Source: Yuukianura sp. NJ FZ-2021 (taxonomy: Eukaryota). Taken from it: a stretch of DNA of 64,000 nt. Made by a program: the position numbers and the translations under genes. The notes beneath the pieces were generated by a model, which saw only the letters and a program-made list of their open reading frames with translations, searched no databases and was not told the DNA's origin. Shown here piece after piece: positions 39,801 through 52,009 of this stretch (position 1 is its first letter; every line of letters begins with the position of its first letter). The stretch covers positions 4,154,001 to 4,218,000 of the forward strand of contig CM102288.1 of NCBI GenBank assembly GCA_046563655.1, read 5' to 3'.

Positions 39801-42004
39801 GGGAGAGACAGAGCCTTAACTCGATTATGTCAACATCCCCCGCCCCCACTCCCCTCCCCCCTTCCTATTTATAGCTCATTTTCCCTTCATACTCCCAATT
39901 TAATAATGATTTATTTTATGAGTCTAAATTATAGGCTCCACTTTTACTTAAATTAACCTTACTACAAGAAGAAAGGAGGAGGGAAGGGGTGCAGAGGTCA
40001 CACCAGTGACTGACCCCTTCAAAATCAAAATTATGAATAAAATCTTAGTTCTGAATCAATTTTGATCAATTTTTGAGTGTGGATTTTGAGAATGATGATG
40101 AAGTGTGTTTCACTTTGGCCATAAATCTGTCCATTCCCTTCAATCTAATTTATGTCCACAGTGGTTTCAGTTGGAAAATGTCCAAAGAATTGCGGCGTTT
40201 TGTGTGACTCTGGGGAATTTTAATTTTAGAAGAAAATGACTTTTTTGGTTTATGTTGCAAAGGGTGTAAATGACTCTGGATTTTAAAATAATCCCTACAA
40301 AGATTATCATCCAACGCATCATTAGCATCTACTGAATCAGGTGCCAAAAATATTTTCAAAATTTCACCAAAATCTTAGTCAATTTAGCTCAACTGTGAAC
40401 CGAATTTAAATGTGCTATGAATGCTTTCCGAACTGAAGAAAGTTCTGGTTTTTCGGATTTGAACGACTTTTTAAAGAATGAATGGCGCTGAAGTGAAGGA
40501 AAAAAAAGTTTTTGGTTCAAAATTTTTGAAAGTTGAATTTTTTGTAACTTGAGAAATTGGGAGCGTAATTGTTTATGACTGACTTAAAACGTAATAGTTT
40601 TTGGCTGAGCTTTAACTGCCATCTCATTTCTATCTAATTTGGAAACTGAAATCGAAAGAATAATGTTGAGAGTCTGAACTTATTTTGTTTGTGTCTGTGC
40701 AATTATGATAATAAGTGGTTGATTCCAGGAACAAGTTTTGATTATTACGTGATGAGATCCTGACAAGGATGTTGCAGATCATAATTCAGAAATGGACTTC
40801 GGAGTAACTCCTCCTGCACTGCAAAATCAAGAGCTACTGGTTGTACTTGGACTCAAACTGGTTGTGAGAGAGGAGACTTGTAATTAGCTAGCACTGGAAT
40901 TAACTTTGGAAAATTAGACTCCTGCAATTATTGAATGGAGGGAGTAACTACAGCTTCATTTTTAATTAGCCTCTCTATAGACTCTTATTTGCTCAATCTT
41001 TACTACCCAGATCACTTCCCAAGTCAAACACAATTCAGCCACTTATAATATATCAACTACTGTAACTCACATTATTAAAATGAAACTAAACCCAAAGCAA
41101 AGTTTCAAAAATGCGTCAAGAAAATTAAGTGATAGAAAGTTTTTCCCACGATTTTCGTCATAAATTCAAATTCGCAGGGATAATTAGGGGTCGATTTGAT
41201 ACAAAAAGATAATTAAAATGTAAGTACAGCGTCATTACTATTTTTGCTGAAATTGAGTTTGATTTTTGTGTAATTCAAAGTTCAGTTTTTCAGGATTAGG
41301 TTAAAGTTTAAAATGGAGAGATCGTAATTTCACACCTTGTCAAGCACGTATGACTCAAACGCGAAACAGAATCAAAATCAACTTTCACATCATTTCCCCT
41401 GTTGCTCTCCTAAACAAATTGAAAAGTAACAGAAAACGTAACAAAACAAAATTCTGGACAAAAAAATTACGCAAGTTGAAAAGTTTCTGAAAATAAAAGC
41501 AAGAAAAGGAAGTTGTTTTCTTACCTGTTTGTTGTAGTTGAATATTTCCGGAGAGTAGCGACTGCCTTGATTCAGCTGAAAGTGACCATTCAGTTGGAAT
41601 TTGCTGTTTGAAAACTGTCTTCCCGGAATTTCAAATTGTTCTCGTAGCAGTTGTTGTGCTTGACCTCCCCCCGATGACCTTTGACCTCCATCTTCCTCCT
41701 CCTCTTCTTCGTCTAAATCAGACAAATGCCCTCCACCCTGGTGCCTTACTGCCGAAATTTGAAAATTCTGAGCTGCCGCTTTGTCCTTCCATGCAATCTG
41801 GAGCGTCCCTTCGTCCTCGTCTTCTTCTTCACTCTGTCCAGAGCCAAAGTCCCCCTGCCCTTGGCCATGGGCACAGTTGACCTCTGACCTCTCCAGCACT
41901 TTGGTTCTGGTGAAAGTAGATGCGGTGGAGACAGGAGCTGGTGGGGGGCTGTTTCCACTTGGGGGTGAAGTTGACTTGGAGAACTCCAGTTCCACCCCTG
42001 TCAT
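27841..42004 (-). CDS. POU6F/pdm3: POU class VI homeodomain transcription factor (exons 42004-41525, 33679-33286, 31909-31610, 30257-30097, 29461-29113, 28933-~28774, ~28267-28046, ~27971-27841)
   Basis: DGINLDEIKEFAKAFKLRRLSLGLTQTQVGQAL...AICRFEKLDITPKSAQKIKPVLEKWM; homeodomain KKRKRRTSFTPQALE...VIRIWFCNKRQ. Upstream exons splice in frame with matching phases; they are less certain than the DNA-binding exons. Confidence 0.92.
32743..32808. repeat. Short tandem duplication (~29 bp x2) containing TAATCC and CCAAT motifs, in a POU intron
   Basis: CATTAACTAATCCAACCAATCACAGCCCTC followed by CATTAACTAATCCAGCCAATCCCAGACCTC. Confidence 0.6.
36794..36815. promoter_or_regulatory. 22-bp perfect palindrome containing an RFX X-box consensus
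   Basis: GGTGGTTACCATGGTAACCACC; the core GTTACCATGGTAAC matches GTTNCCATGGNAAC. Confidence 0.5.
37643..37677. repeat. (TAATTAC)x5 tandem array
   Basis: TAATTAC TAATTAC GAATTAC TAATTAC TAATTAC. Confidence 0.8.
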
Positions 42005-42657
42005 TTCTCTCGTTTTAATTTAAGCCTAACTTTTACTAAAAGTTCACAAATCCATCTAAACTTCAAATTGGAAAAGTATTCTGCGTTGTGTCAGAGGTCA
42101 AGTGGAGTTGGAATAAAAAGTTCGGGGTGTTTGACTATTGTTGCAAACTTTTGCGGGAGCTTGAGACTGCAATAACCTCTCTAGTCAAGATCTCCTGCTC
42201 AACTGAATGTCGAAAGAGAGTAAAAACTGGTTCAGACTTTCAATCCGTCGTCGTAAAGCCTCTCCAAAAACTGTTTCAAAATCAAACACAACTTAAACGC
42301 TGCTTACAAAACTATTTTTTGAAAGGCTGCACTTTCACAACTTTCACTTGGTCAGTTAAACAACGAAAAAAAAAGTTTGGGAAGTGTTTGAAATCAAAAT
42401 GTACAAAACTTGAAAATTTCAAGACGTAACACTATTTTTTCTGAAATGGATAATGGATCCAACTCACAAGAAAATTGAAGCCAGATTTAGACAAAACGTA
42501 TTCATAAAGATTTTCAAGATTCCTAGCTATGACGCACCACTTCAAAATTCCAACTTTCTCAGAGCTGTGCTTATGTACTTATGTTAATTTTCTAAACAAA
42601 GTGAGTTGCAATGTGAAGGAAATGCAGAGGAATGGACTGCATAAACTTCTCCACTTG

Positions 42658-42845
42658 ACCTTACTCTGAGAACAATTGAGTAGGTGTAAGTTACTAATTA
42701 TATTAAGTCAATAATTCACCAATTAATTAAACCACCATTAATTTCAACTTTAATTTCAAACAATGGACATATTAACTGAGCAATTAAAATAATTCATGCC
42801 TAAGCTTCACAGTCGAAACCAAGTGCCAAATTCCATACAAGTTTT
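42658..42845. repeat. Direct repeat copy A (~185 bp)
   Basis: ACCTTACTCTGAGAACAATTGAGTAGGTGTAA...CTAAGCTTCACAGTCGAAACCAAGTG...CATACAAGTTTT aligns colinearly with 45184-45370, with scattered substitutions and small indels. Confidence 0.92.
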
Positions 42846-43215
42846 ACTGTTTTTATAAACTACGGTTTACTGTGCATTCCTTGATTAATTCACTTTCTCA
42901 GCCGTCCACCGTTTCTGTCTACAAAGTGAGCAGAGTAAAAAGAAACAAGACAAAAGGAAGAGTGAATGAAGAGCTGTCAAAAACGATTTTTGAAAAACTA
43001 AGTTTTTATAGAAGCAGAAAAACGTTTTCAAAAAATAAATGTGTGAGTAAAAGCCAAGACATAACAGAGTAAACAGAGCTAACTACACAGTGCTTTCTAG
43101 GCTACAAGAAGAAACTAAGAAGCTGTGCGGAGAGAGATCTTAGACTGCCAGGGATAACTGAATATAATTGGAGATAAATTATCTCAGCTAATAAGTTGAG
43201 ATAATTGGATATTTT

Positions 43216-43978
43216 CTAATTGTTTTTGTTAGAAAGGACGAACCTCTTGGAAGGTTGATCCTCTCTGCGATGACAGGCAGCAGCAGCCAGCTTGTTCTCA
43301 ATTACCCCAACGTTTCTTAGCAGATCGTTCACAATCGAAATCGGATTTGACCTGACACGAACTAAAAAGAGAAAAAACGAATTAACAACGTTTCAAAAAA
43401 TTCTGGAAAACGTTATCTGTTTAGAAAATCTGATTACCTGCAGGAGGCACTTGAATTTCAGTTCGATTTGAATCTTGCGGAGCTGGCGTTTGAGCTTGCT
43501 GCCTAATAACCTGCAAAGGACAAACAATTAATCAGTTAATTAGGAAAATCTCAATTAATTGTGTTAATTGAGAAGTTCTGTATACGTTACCTCTACTTTC
43601 GTCTCGAAATCGTTGTGCAAGAATCTTCAGTTGCTCCTTTTCATCCAACTCGCTTTCCAGAATAGCGTTTCTGTCAATGATCCCGTTGATTTTAGTGTCC
43701 AGGTCATCGATACTTTGCTGGGCAGCTCTGTTTCTTTTCTCCAGATCGTCGTTGTTCTGTTCCAATTGACGAATTTGACGTTTGAGTTCCTCCAATTGCT
43801 TCCTAAGAGCGGCTATTTCTTGTGAAGATTCTGTGTCTGTATGCCACAGCCGATACGGCCATAGGCTTGCTTCAAGCAAAAGCAAATGCAATCGTTCAAC
43901 ACATCGAAGGACCGCTGAAAAACGTAACATTATGAACAGCATCCAGTATCGCAAGAAACGAATCCAGACTGCCATCAT
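43216..43978 (-). CDS. N-terminally truncated NudE/NDEL1-like coiled-coil protein (3 exons; start and first donor uncertain; may be a pseudogene)
   Basis: IRQLEQNNDDLEKRNRAAQQSIDDLDTKINGIIDRNAILESELDEKEQL...QRFRDE and ISIVNDLLRNVGVIENKLAA match the NudE central coil and C-terminal helix. The frame holds only if the weaker donor GTATAC (exon end 43586) is used. Confidence 0.7.
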
Positions 43979-44689
43979 ACTTCCTCAACAATCTTCTTCG
44001 TGGCCTTTGACTGTACTCGACGCAGAATTTGAAAGTTTGGAAATTTTTGATGTTTCGGCTTCAAATGATGGGAAATTTTGGGAATGTTGATATATTTTTT
44101 AATTTGACTTTTAGAAATTTGTATTAAAGGGCATTCACCATTATTCCTTTTGTTCAATCAGCCTTGAAACCGGCTATGTTGTTGTTCCCTTACTGGTTTT
44201 AGATTTAAAAGTTTTAGGTGAGAAAGATTTTAGAACAGAGTTTTTTGGTTGTTCAGAAGCCTGTTCCACGCATCATTGGAATTTGTGTTAGAAACGCTTG
44301 AGGCGTTTGAGAGATGTCCTGTGACTAGTTCCACGTCGACAGAGAACAAAAAAGTAGTATGGCTTGGAAGTTGTACTAGTCTCTGGTGTGTTAATTCCAT
44401 CGTGACCTTCCAACTGTCCCTTATTTGACCTCTAACTCCAACTTAATCTAATTTCTAATACTTTTTATAAAAGCGGGCAAAGACTAATAAGGGGAACTCC
44501 GAGGACGGTTCAAGGTAAGACAGACTTTACAACCTCCCAATTGATAAAAATTAGACAGGTAATGCGGAACGGACATTTGTTTTGGTCAGAAGTCATTTGG
44601 AATCGGTAAGAAAGTGTACGTTCTAAAGGTAGAGGTCAACATTAGATTTTAGGGGAAGAGTTGACAATTGTGTCATAGTGTTGTTCAAA

Positions 44690-45163
44690 ATGAACCGTAA
44701 GGAACGAATGGAGCAAAGACGCGAAATGTTAGGCCTTTTAGAAATCACTGCGAAAATCGACCTAGAAATGCAAGAGTCCGAATGGTGGAACGCGCGAGCC
44801 AAATTGGTATTTTATTGTTTTTTTTTTTTAAATTTCGGAAATTTTTTATAAAGTTTAAATTTAAGGTTTGGGATTGATTTTATGACTAAAAGATTGTAAT
44901 TTTCATCTTTTCAGATGAAAAGAAAGAAGACGGACCAAATGGCTGGGGTTCTCAAGCTAGAGACTTTTATGAAGTCGAAAGCTGGAGACCTTTGGGTGAA
45001 GCGAAAAGAATTACAAAAATTGAACGATGCTGCTCCTGCCGATGCCGATGCTGAGCAACATCAGCTCCGCATAGCGGAGAAGGAGAAAGAAGCGGATGAC
45101 TTGGAAAAGGGATTAGATCGTCTGTGGCAGGCCATCGAACAGTTGAAAAGAGAGATCAATTAA
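44690..45163 (+). CDS. 121-aa charged coiled-coil protein of unknown function (exons 44690-44806, 44915-45163)
   Basis: AAAATG start context, phase-0 GT-AG intron with a pyrimidine-rich acceptor, open E/K/L-rich helical sequence. Confidence 0.65.
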
Positions 45164-45183
45164 AAAATTGCCGACATCTTCGC

Positions 45184-45370
45184 ACCTTACACTGAGAACA
45201 ATTGAGTAGGTGTAAATTACTAATTAAAGTCAATAATTCATCAATTAATTAAACCACCATTAACTTCCACTTTAATTTCAAACAATGGGCAAATTAACGG
45301 AGCAATTAAAATAATTCAAATCTACATCTAAGCTTCACAGTTGAAACCAAGTGTTTTTCATACAAGTTTT
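45184..45370. repeat. Direct repeat copy B (~185 bp)
   Basis: Colinear match to 42658-42845; begins ~20 nt after the stop codon of the coiled-coil orphan. Confidence 0.92.
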
Positions 45371-47358
45371 GCTTATGGCCCAACTCCAATGATATCTAAA
45401 CTAATAAAAAAATCCAAGTCACTTGGAGTGATGTGGAGTTTATAACACAAGGCTCGAAGAAAAGAGATTTATTTTTAAAATTTTTTTTTTAAATTTAGTA
45501 ATTTTGAAATTTGGAAATGTTTGTGCTGAGAGAAGAGTGGAGAAAGTAAGTTGCTACGTTAGGATTGGGTGGGGAGGGTGTTTTGAAATGCTAATTAAGA
45601 GAAGATGTAGAAATTATGGTTGTGATGATCAAGAGAAAGGGAGAAAGTGGGGGTGGGGGGAAGAGGGGAGAAATGAAAACTCATTATGCAAATAGGAAGT
45701 TCCCTTTGAATAATTCCAGGACGTAATTAAGCAGTAATTTTCAGCCACTTTCATCCACCCAACTACACATTACACATACGACCAGGAATATGGGCTCTTA
45801 CCATTCCACTTCTGCAGGGCCGTAACTTTCACTCTAAGTTCAAAAACAAAGAAATTTCAAGCAACTTTCACTCCGCAGTCTTTTCTTTTCTATTTTTAGC
45901 TCCAGGCTTAAGTAGTGGTGGTTCCGGCCCTGCAGGTTCCACTTTTCGTATACTTTTTCTATTTGGCCATGGCAGGAGAGAGAATAATTTTGTTGTAAAA
46001 TGAAGAAAGTGGAGGAAGGAAGATCCTGATTAAGCGTCTAATTAATGGAGACAATCAACTTCTTCCTCTCTCAACGCAAAATAGCGCAGAAGCAAATGCC
46101 AAAAAGTTTGGTTCAAAAGGTGAAACAAAGGAGAAAGTGACCACAGGAAAATCAAAGGAACCAACAATTTCATGCCTCGGAAATCAAAGGTCATGAAACC
46201 AACCAACTCAACATCATTACCACCTCATTTCAAAATTTCAAAAGACACAACTCCTCTACTGTTCAAAACAAAACTAAAATTGCCCTTTTGACAACAAAAT
46301 TTTCAACAAACATCAAAAATTTCCATCTCAGATTTAAAACAACTAAAAACCTCATAAATTTTAACTCAAATATCAAGTCCGTCGACCCTACTAATTCAAT
46401 TTCCTGGTCAAAAATCTCCAAATAGAAATTTAAAATTCGACCATGAACTTTGCGATTTGAAAAAAAGTGATTCAAATTTTGAAAAAGAATGACTTTTTTT
46501 TTAAATTGTGAAAAATAACCTTACCTTAAGAAGGTGAAGGCCTCTTGGGCGTCATTTCTACTTTTTATTTCCTGGATTTCAAAACTTTGCACATGGAGCA
46601 AAATGGAATAAATTTCATTTGAAATTGAGGTGTGAAGATCTGGATCAGAATTTATAAATTAATTGTCACCAAATCTTCACAATTTAGTATTCAACTTGTT
46701 TCGTTTTTTGAACTTGTGGTGCCATTTTGACAAGGTCAGAGGTTACTGTTCGACCAAAAGTGTTTCAATTTCGTCTTTTATTAATTGAAACGGAAATCAA
46801 CAAGTTATTTTTCATAATCTCCAAAGAATCATGAAATCGGTAACCGCCTTTTCAATTTCTTTCCATTTTGTTCCTGATGACGATTTTGAGTGCGTGAAAA
46901 GTTTGAATTAATTTCAAATTCCAAACAAATTCCAAGAAAATGAAGAAAACGAGTTTTTGCGGTTTTTCGGATCCATCGCCTTGCCGTGTTTATTGGACGT
47001 GAAGAAAATGGGAAAAATTGTATTTTGAAAATGACGATGAGTTATTCATATTTAATAAACTCCGGCTTTTCACTTTTCAACTTTCTCTCTCTGAAATCAA
47101 ATATTTTCCATCTTCCAAAACCCCATTTTCTAATTTCTATTTATGAATTTGGATCCTAACACTTGATTAAACCAAAAAACAATATTTCAATTACTTACAA
47201 ATCAATTCAAATCAATTATTACTCAACATCCAAAAGTCAACCCACAAAAATAATTGTTATCCAAAAATCTAAAATTCAATTTCCAAAAGTCACAATAACT
47301 TTCCCTATTGCAATAATTTTCACCACTTTTGTTATAAACTAAGGAATTTTGTAGATTT

Positions 47359-50300
47359 CTAGTCATAGACACCCCTGACTCTAAGATTTTTGGGGTCAAA
47401 GAGACTTGTTAGGCTTGGTTTGGCTGGAATGCGTTGACCCATGACCTCAATGGAGTAGGTGCCCTTTTCAATACTTTTGACCCATTGAGGGCCCCTTGAC
47501 CCTGGAGGTGCCTTGACATAGCCAACACCTATGCTTTTTCCTAGGGTGAATCCATAGTCAGCTAGTCTGAGGAAACCCACGGGTTTCTCTGGGTATCGCT
47601 CATCCCAAATCGCTTCTAACCCCCACAACGGCGTCTGTTTCTCCTTCAGAGTAAAACAAACCAATCGCTTCTCGATTCCTTTCTCTTGTTGTTCCTCTAA
47701 AGCCTAAAAAATTCAAATTTTTAAAATTTTGCAACAATTTCTTAAATTCTGAACTAACTGTTCTGCCAATGAAGTCTTCTGAAGTCTTGAGTTTGCAAGT
47801 GAAAGCAAGTCCAGCTTCCAGTGGCGTATCGTCTGTCCTGAGATCCGAGTGCCAATGTCTGTAGCCCTTCTCGATACTAAGGGAGTCAATGGCCCTGTAC
47901 CCTCCATTTTTCAGTCCAAATTCCTTGCCGACTGCCCAGAGGGCGTCGTAGATCTGAGGGCAGTGGGCCCTTGGCACATGCAGTTCCCATCCCATTTCAC
48001 CAACAAATGATATTCGGAGGGCCCTTATAGGGACGTGGTTGAAGTGGAGTACTTGGGCAGTGGAGAAAGCGAAATCATCTTCCTTCAACTTGGCAGTGGG
48101 AAACAGTCGCTTCAGAATGGCTCTACTTTTTGGTCCTTGGATAGACAGCAGACCGAAATCTTCACTGGAATCCACAAGGTCAACGTCAAAGCCCTTGGAT
48201 TTTAAGGCTCTCAGAAGTCCTCCCTTTGTATACGTTTGGTTGTTTCCACCAATCGCAAGGTAGTACGCAATTCCCTGGCAAATTAACACAAAAAATTCAA
48301 AAATTTCCTCTTTGAATTAAAGTAATTTTGCAGTACCGTAAAGTCCGGATCTTCTGGAAGGGCCAATGACTGGTCAATGACTGTGGCTGTCAAATCGGTC
48401 TCTGTCCCACCGCGTTCGTTGAGAAAGCAAGTGTAGATGACTGATCCAACTGGTTTGTTCATTTGATTGGAGAAGAGCCACTGAGCTGCTGATTTTGCAT
48501 CTGGACCAATCAGAAACAACTTCCCAAAGTACGACATGTCAAACACGGCACAAGCTGTACGACATGCTTCGCACTCACGTCGAATCTAAACAAGAAGAGA
48601 GAGAAAGAAGAGAATGAGAAAGAGCAAACTTAAAAATAAGAACTTAAAAATGAGTTTCTATAAAAATATTTTGAGTAAAGTGGCGTCTTACAAGGTCATG
48701 TGATCTGGGAAATTGAAAAGTGTATTCCAGTTCGAGGCGTTGAGCATAAACGTTGTTTGGATGCGACTCAAATTCGTACTGATTGTACCAACTAAAAAGT
48801 GGAAAATCATTTTAAAAAGTAAAATGAAAACTGAAATTTTGAAATATGGGTTGTGTACGTACTCGTAGGGAAGAACTTGGACGTTTTGCGGGTCATCTGA
48901 GCAGTGAGCAAAATACCCGGGTCTTTCCCACCCCTGTCTTTCCTGGAACACGCACCCTGCTTGCACAAGTCGTTCATGAAATGGACTCAGAATTTGATTT
49001 CTCCCGGCCAAAGGTTCGTCGTTTTTGTAGACAATTGAGTAGTTTTTGGCGTAAGCTTCATGACTTCTTTCTTTCGCCCAGTCTTTACTACCACACAGTT
49101 TAGGAGAAAATCGCCTACAAAAATTATCACAGGTAGAAAAGTTTCGACTCATATGTGGAAGATGATTGTTCATTTTGTGATTGCTAGATTTCTAGACTTC
49201 GAGAAATGAAAAAAACGAAACTCTTTTTTTTGTTTAAAATGATTTTACCTTATGTCGTAAGCAAACATGTCTAACTCTGGTTGACCTTGCATGACCCACT
49301 GGGCCAACTGTTGACCACATCCTCCTCCGAACATCATTCCAGCAGAATTGAAGCCCACTCCATGGAAGAACCCATGAACAGTAGGATCTTGACCCATGAG
49401 TGGCTTATGGTCAGGGGTAAAGCTCTCTGGACCACAAATCGTTGATTTTATTCCAACTGACGCAAGTTTAGGCATTCGTTTTGTAGCGCTAAAAATAAAA
49501 CATAAATTAAAAAACTTATAATACATTGAAAATAGAATTTGTAAAAGTACCCAGTTATGTGCGTTCCGAAGATTTCCCAGTCCAGTTCATACAGGTCAAA
49601 AGCTTCATTTTGAACCTAGCACACCAGAATTCGGCATTTTTGAAATTTTGAAAAATGATTTTTTGAAAATCAAGACCTTCTCGATGATGACTGGATTCAT
49701 TTCGTATCCACCGACACTGAGCGTGTCTCCCTGAATTCGAAAGTAAATGGCCTCGTCATGGTCCCTTAGATTCGGCATTCCCTTGACCTCGTCAATTCGG
49801 TCAAAGACGACATACGAGTGTTTCATGGGAATCAGCGGAATTGAAATTTTGACCATGTCACAAATTGCGGGTGCCCAAGCACCTAAAGTGGTCAAGTTTT
49901 TCAAATTTTTGGAAAACACATTTAAAAAAAAACTTACCTGTGCAGTTGATGACTACGGGAGTTTGGATGTACCCGAAGTTCGTCTGGACTCCAGTGACAT
50001 TCTTCGTTCCGAATGTTGATTCTTGTGTTTTGATGTCAGTGACTGAACAACCTTCGATGACCTGAGCCCCCTCCCGGGTAGCATACCTTGTCAAGGCAGT
50101 ACAGAGTCCACTGGGGTCAATATTCCCGTCATTCGGAGAAAACACGGTCCCATACAACGTCTTTTCGTCCAACAATGGCCAAAGACTCTTCGTCTCTGAA
50201 GGACTCAGCAACTCCGAGTAGATTCCGAACACTTTTCCAATCGTGTGAAGTCGCTTGTACTCGTCCAATCGTTCCTAAAACCCTGAATTTTAAATTTCAA

Positions 50301-50824
50301 ATTTAGATTTTTGTGAAAGGTGACCTCTGACCTTTGTAGAAGCCAAAAACAAGCCGCCATTGACATTCCATCCAGGATTGACTCCAGTTTCTGCCTCCAG
50401 TCGCCCCAGCATGTCCCGAGTGACCTGAAGAAGCTGGATGTCAGTGTCGTTCGGTCGGAGACTCCACACCAATCCGGCAGTATGCCAAGTCGTACCGGCA
50501 GTAAGTTTACTTCGTTCAAGCAAAACAACATTCTTCAGTCCAAGTTTCGTCAAATGGTAGAGTGTACTGCATCCAATGCTTCCACCACCTCAAAACATCA
50601 TTTTTCTTAGACTTTTTAATCAATTCCTTCAAAATTTGAAAAAAATTTCCAAAATTTTTACCAATTATGACAGCATCAGCAGACGCCGGAAGGGAAGGAG
50701 ACGCCGCATTTGAATTTTGGCGAAAACTGGACCAGATTCTAAGTTTGGAGGGATTTCGAAGTGTGGTGAATTTTTGTTTTGACCAAAGCGGCCAATAGCC
50801 GCCACCGAGTTGAATCAATTTCAT
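47359..50824 (-). CDS. SARDH: Sarcosine dehydrogenase, mitochondrial, multi-exon
   Basis: [24 protein letters not shown] (covalent-FAD His), [67 protein letters not shown]. Confidence 0.93.
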
Positions 50825-52009
50825 TTTGTTCTGAACATAACTCAAACAGTTGAACTGAACTGAACTATTGCGCTAACTACTAACTAACTGTCTTGCTAAC
50901 TAACTAAATGTATTGCTAACTAAATGTTAAAGGTCAAGTGACCAAACAGTGCTGGATCAACCACTTCCTGAATCAGAATACGATCTCCGTTACTTTCGAA
51001 CTTGTTTACTGCTATTGCGCTTATTTGGAACTTCAGTAAATGCACGTCCTACTTCCCTTATTTTTGTTTTCGCTCTGAAATTGATTAAAATTATTTTGCA
51101 ACTAAAAGTTCTGTTTTCAGTTTTCAGCTTAAATTCTGGAGAGGAGTAGACAATGAAGGTCGTCCTTGTGTTGACTATTTGATGATGCTAACTGGTGTTT
51201 TTGTCTGGAGCTCTTACTGTACTTTATCATATACTATTTTTTCCATGTAATACTTCATGTATATGTACGTCGCAGATGAGTTCCAGCACAAATAAGTGTT
51301 TTATTTCAAGGTGACCACATGATCCCAGGGTCACCCACAAAAAAACAGCATCTTCTCCATAATCTCACACAAAGTGCAAAAGACTAACACAAGGCATCAC
51401 AAAAAGAGAGATGCGAAAACGAGAATGAAGATGCAATGCTAAATAAACTGGTTTCAAAATTACTCCAAATTTTAACCTGAATTTCCTGGATCAGAAATTG
51501 AAATTTCAAAATTTGGAACTGACATGAGCAAATTGGCGAATAAAATTGTGTGAAAACGCAGTATTTGTTTTGGGTGAGTGTCAAAGGTGACTTTGGCGTC
51601 GCTTGACAGCATGATGGAAGATGACTTTGTAGAGACTTTGATTGATGTTCAACTCCTATCAGTAGGAATATGGATTTTCACCTTTGATTTCTCCAGTTGC
51701 TTATTTGTTCTCACAAATATTTTACCAAAACTCAACAGGATATGAACATTTTAAGCATGTCGTGTATGGATGAAGAGTAGATGTGACCAAAGGTCAAAGG
51801 GCATCATGAAACTCCTGACAGAGACAAGTCCTAGTCTATGTTTTAGTCACTGCACCCTCTGTGCTCACCCAGTTTATCAGTTCTAATTACTCGATAAGAT
51901 ACACGCCCAGTAAGCACTTAAAACCAAACTCAAATTCTTCTGGGCACTACATTTTCCATAGTCATTGACAGTCGCACGAGGTCACCGTTGCAGGAAGTCA
52001 CCCCCCAAA

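Noticed and set aside
34030..40359. Short ORFs inside the large POU intron
   Set aside because: AT-rich, mostly non-ATG starts, no recognisable domain or splice support.
42658..45370. LTR retrotransposon interpretation of the direct repeats
   Set aside because: No TG...CA termini, PBS/PPT or gag/pol; the internal genes have spliceosomal introns.
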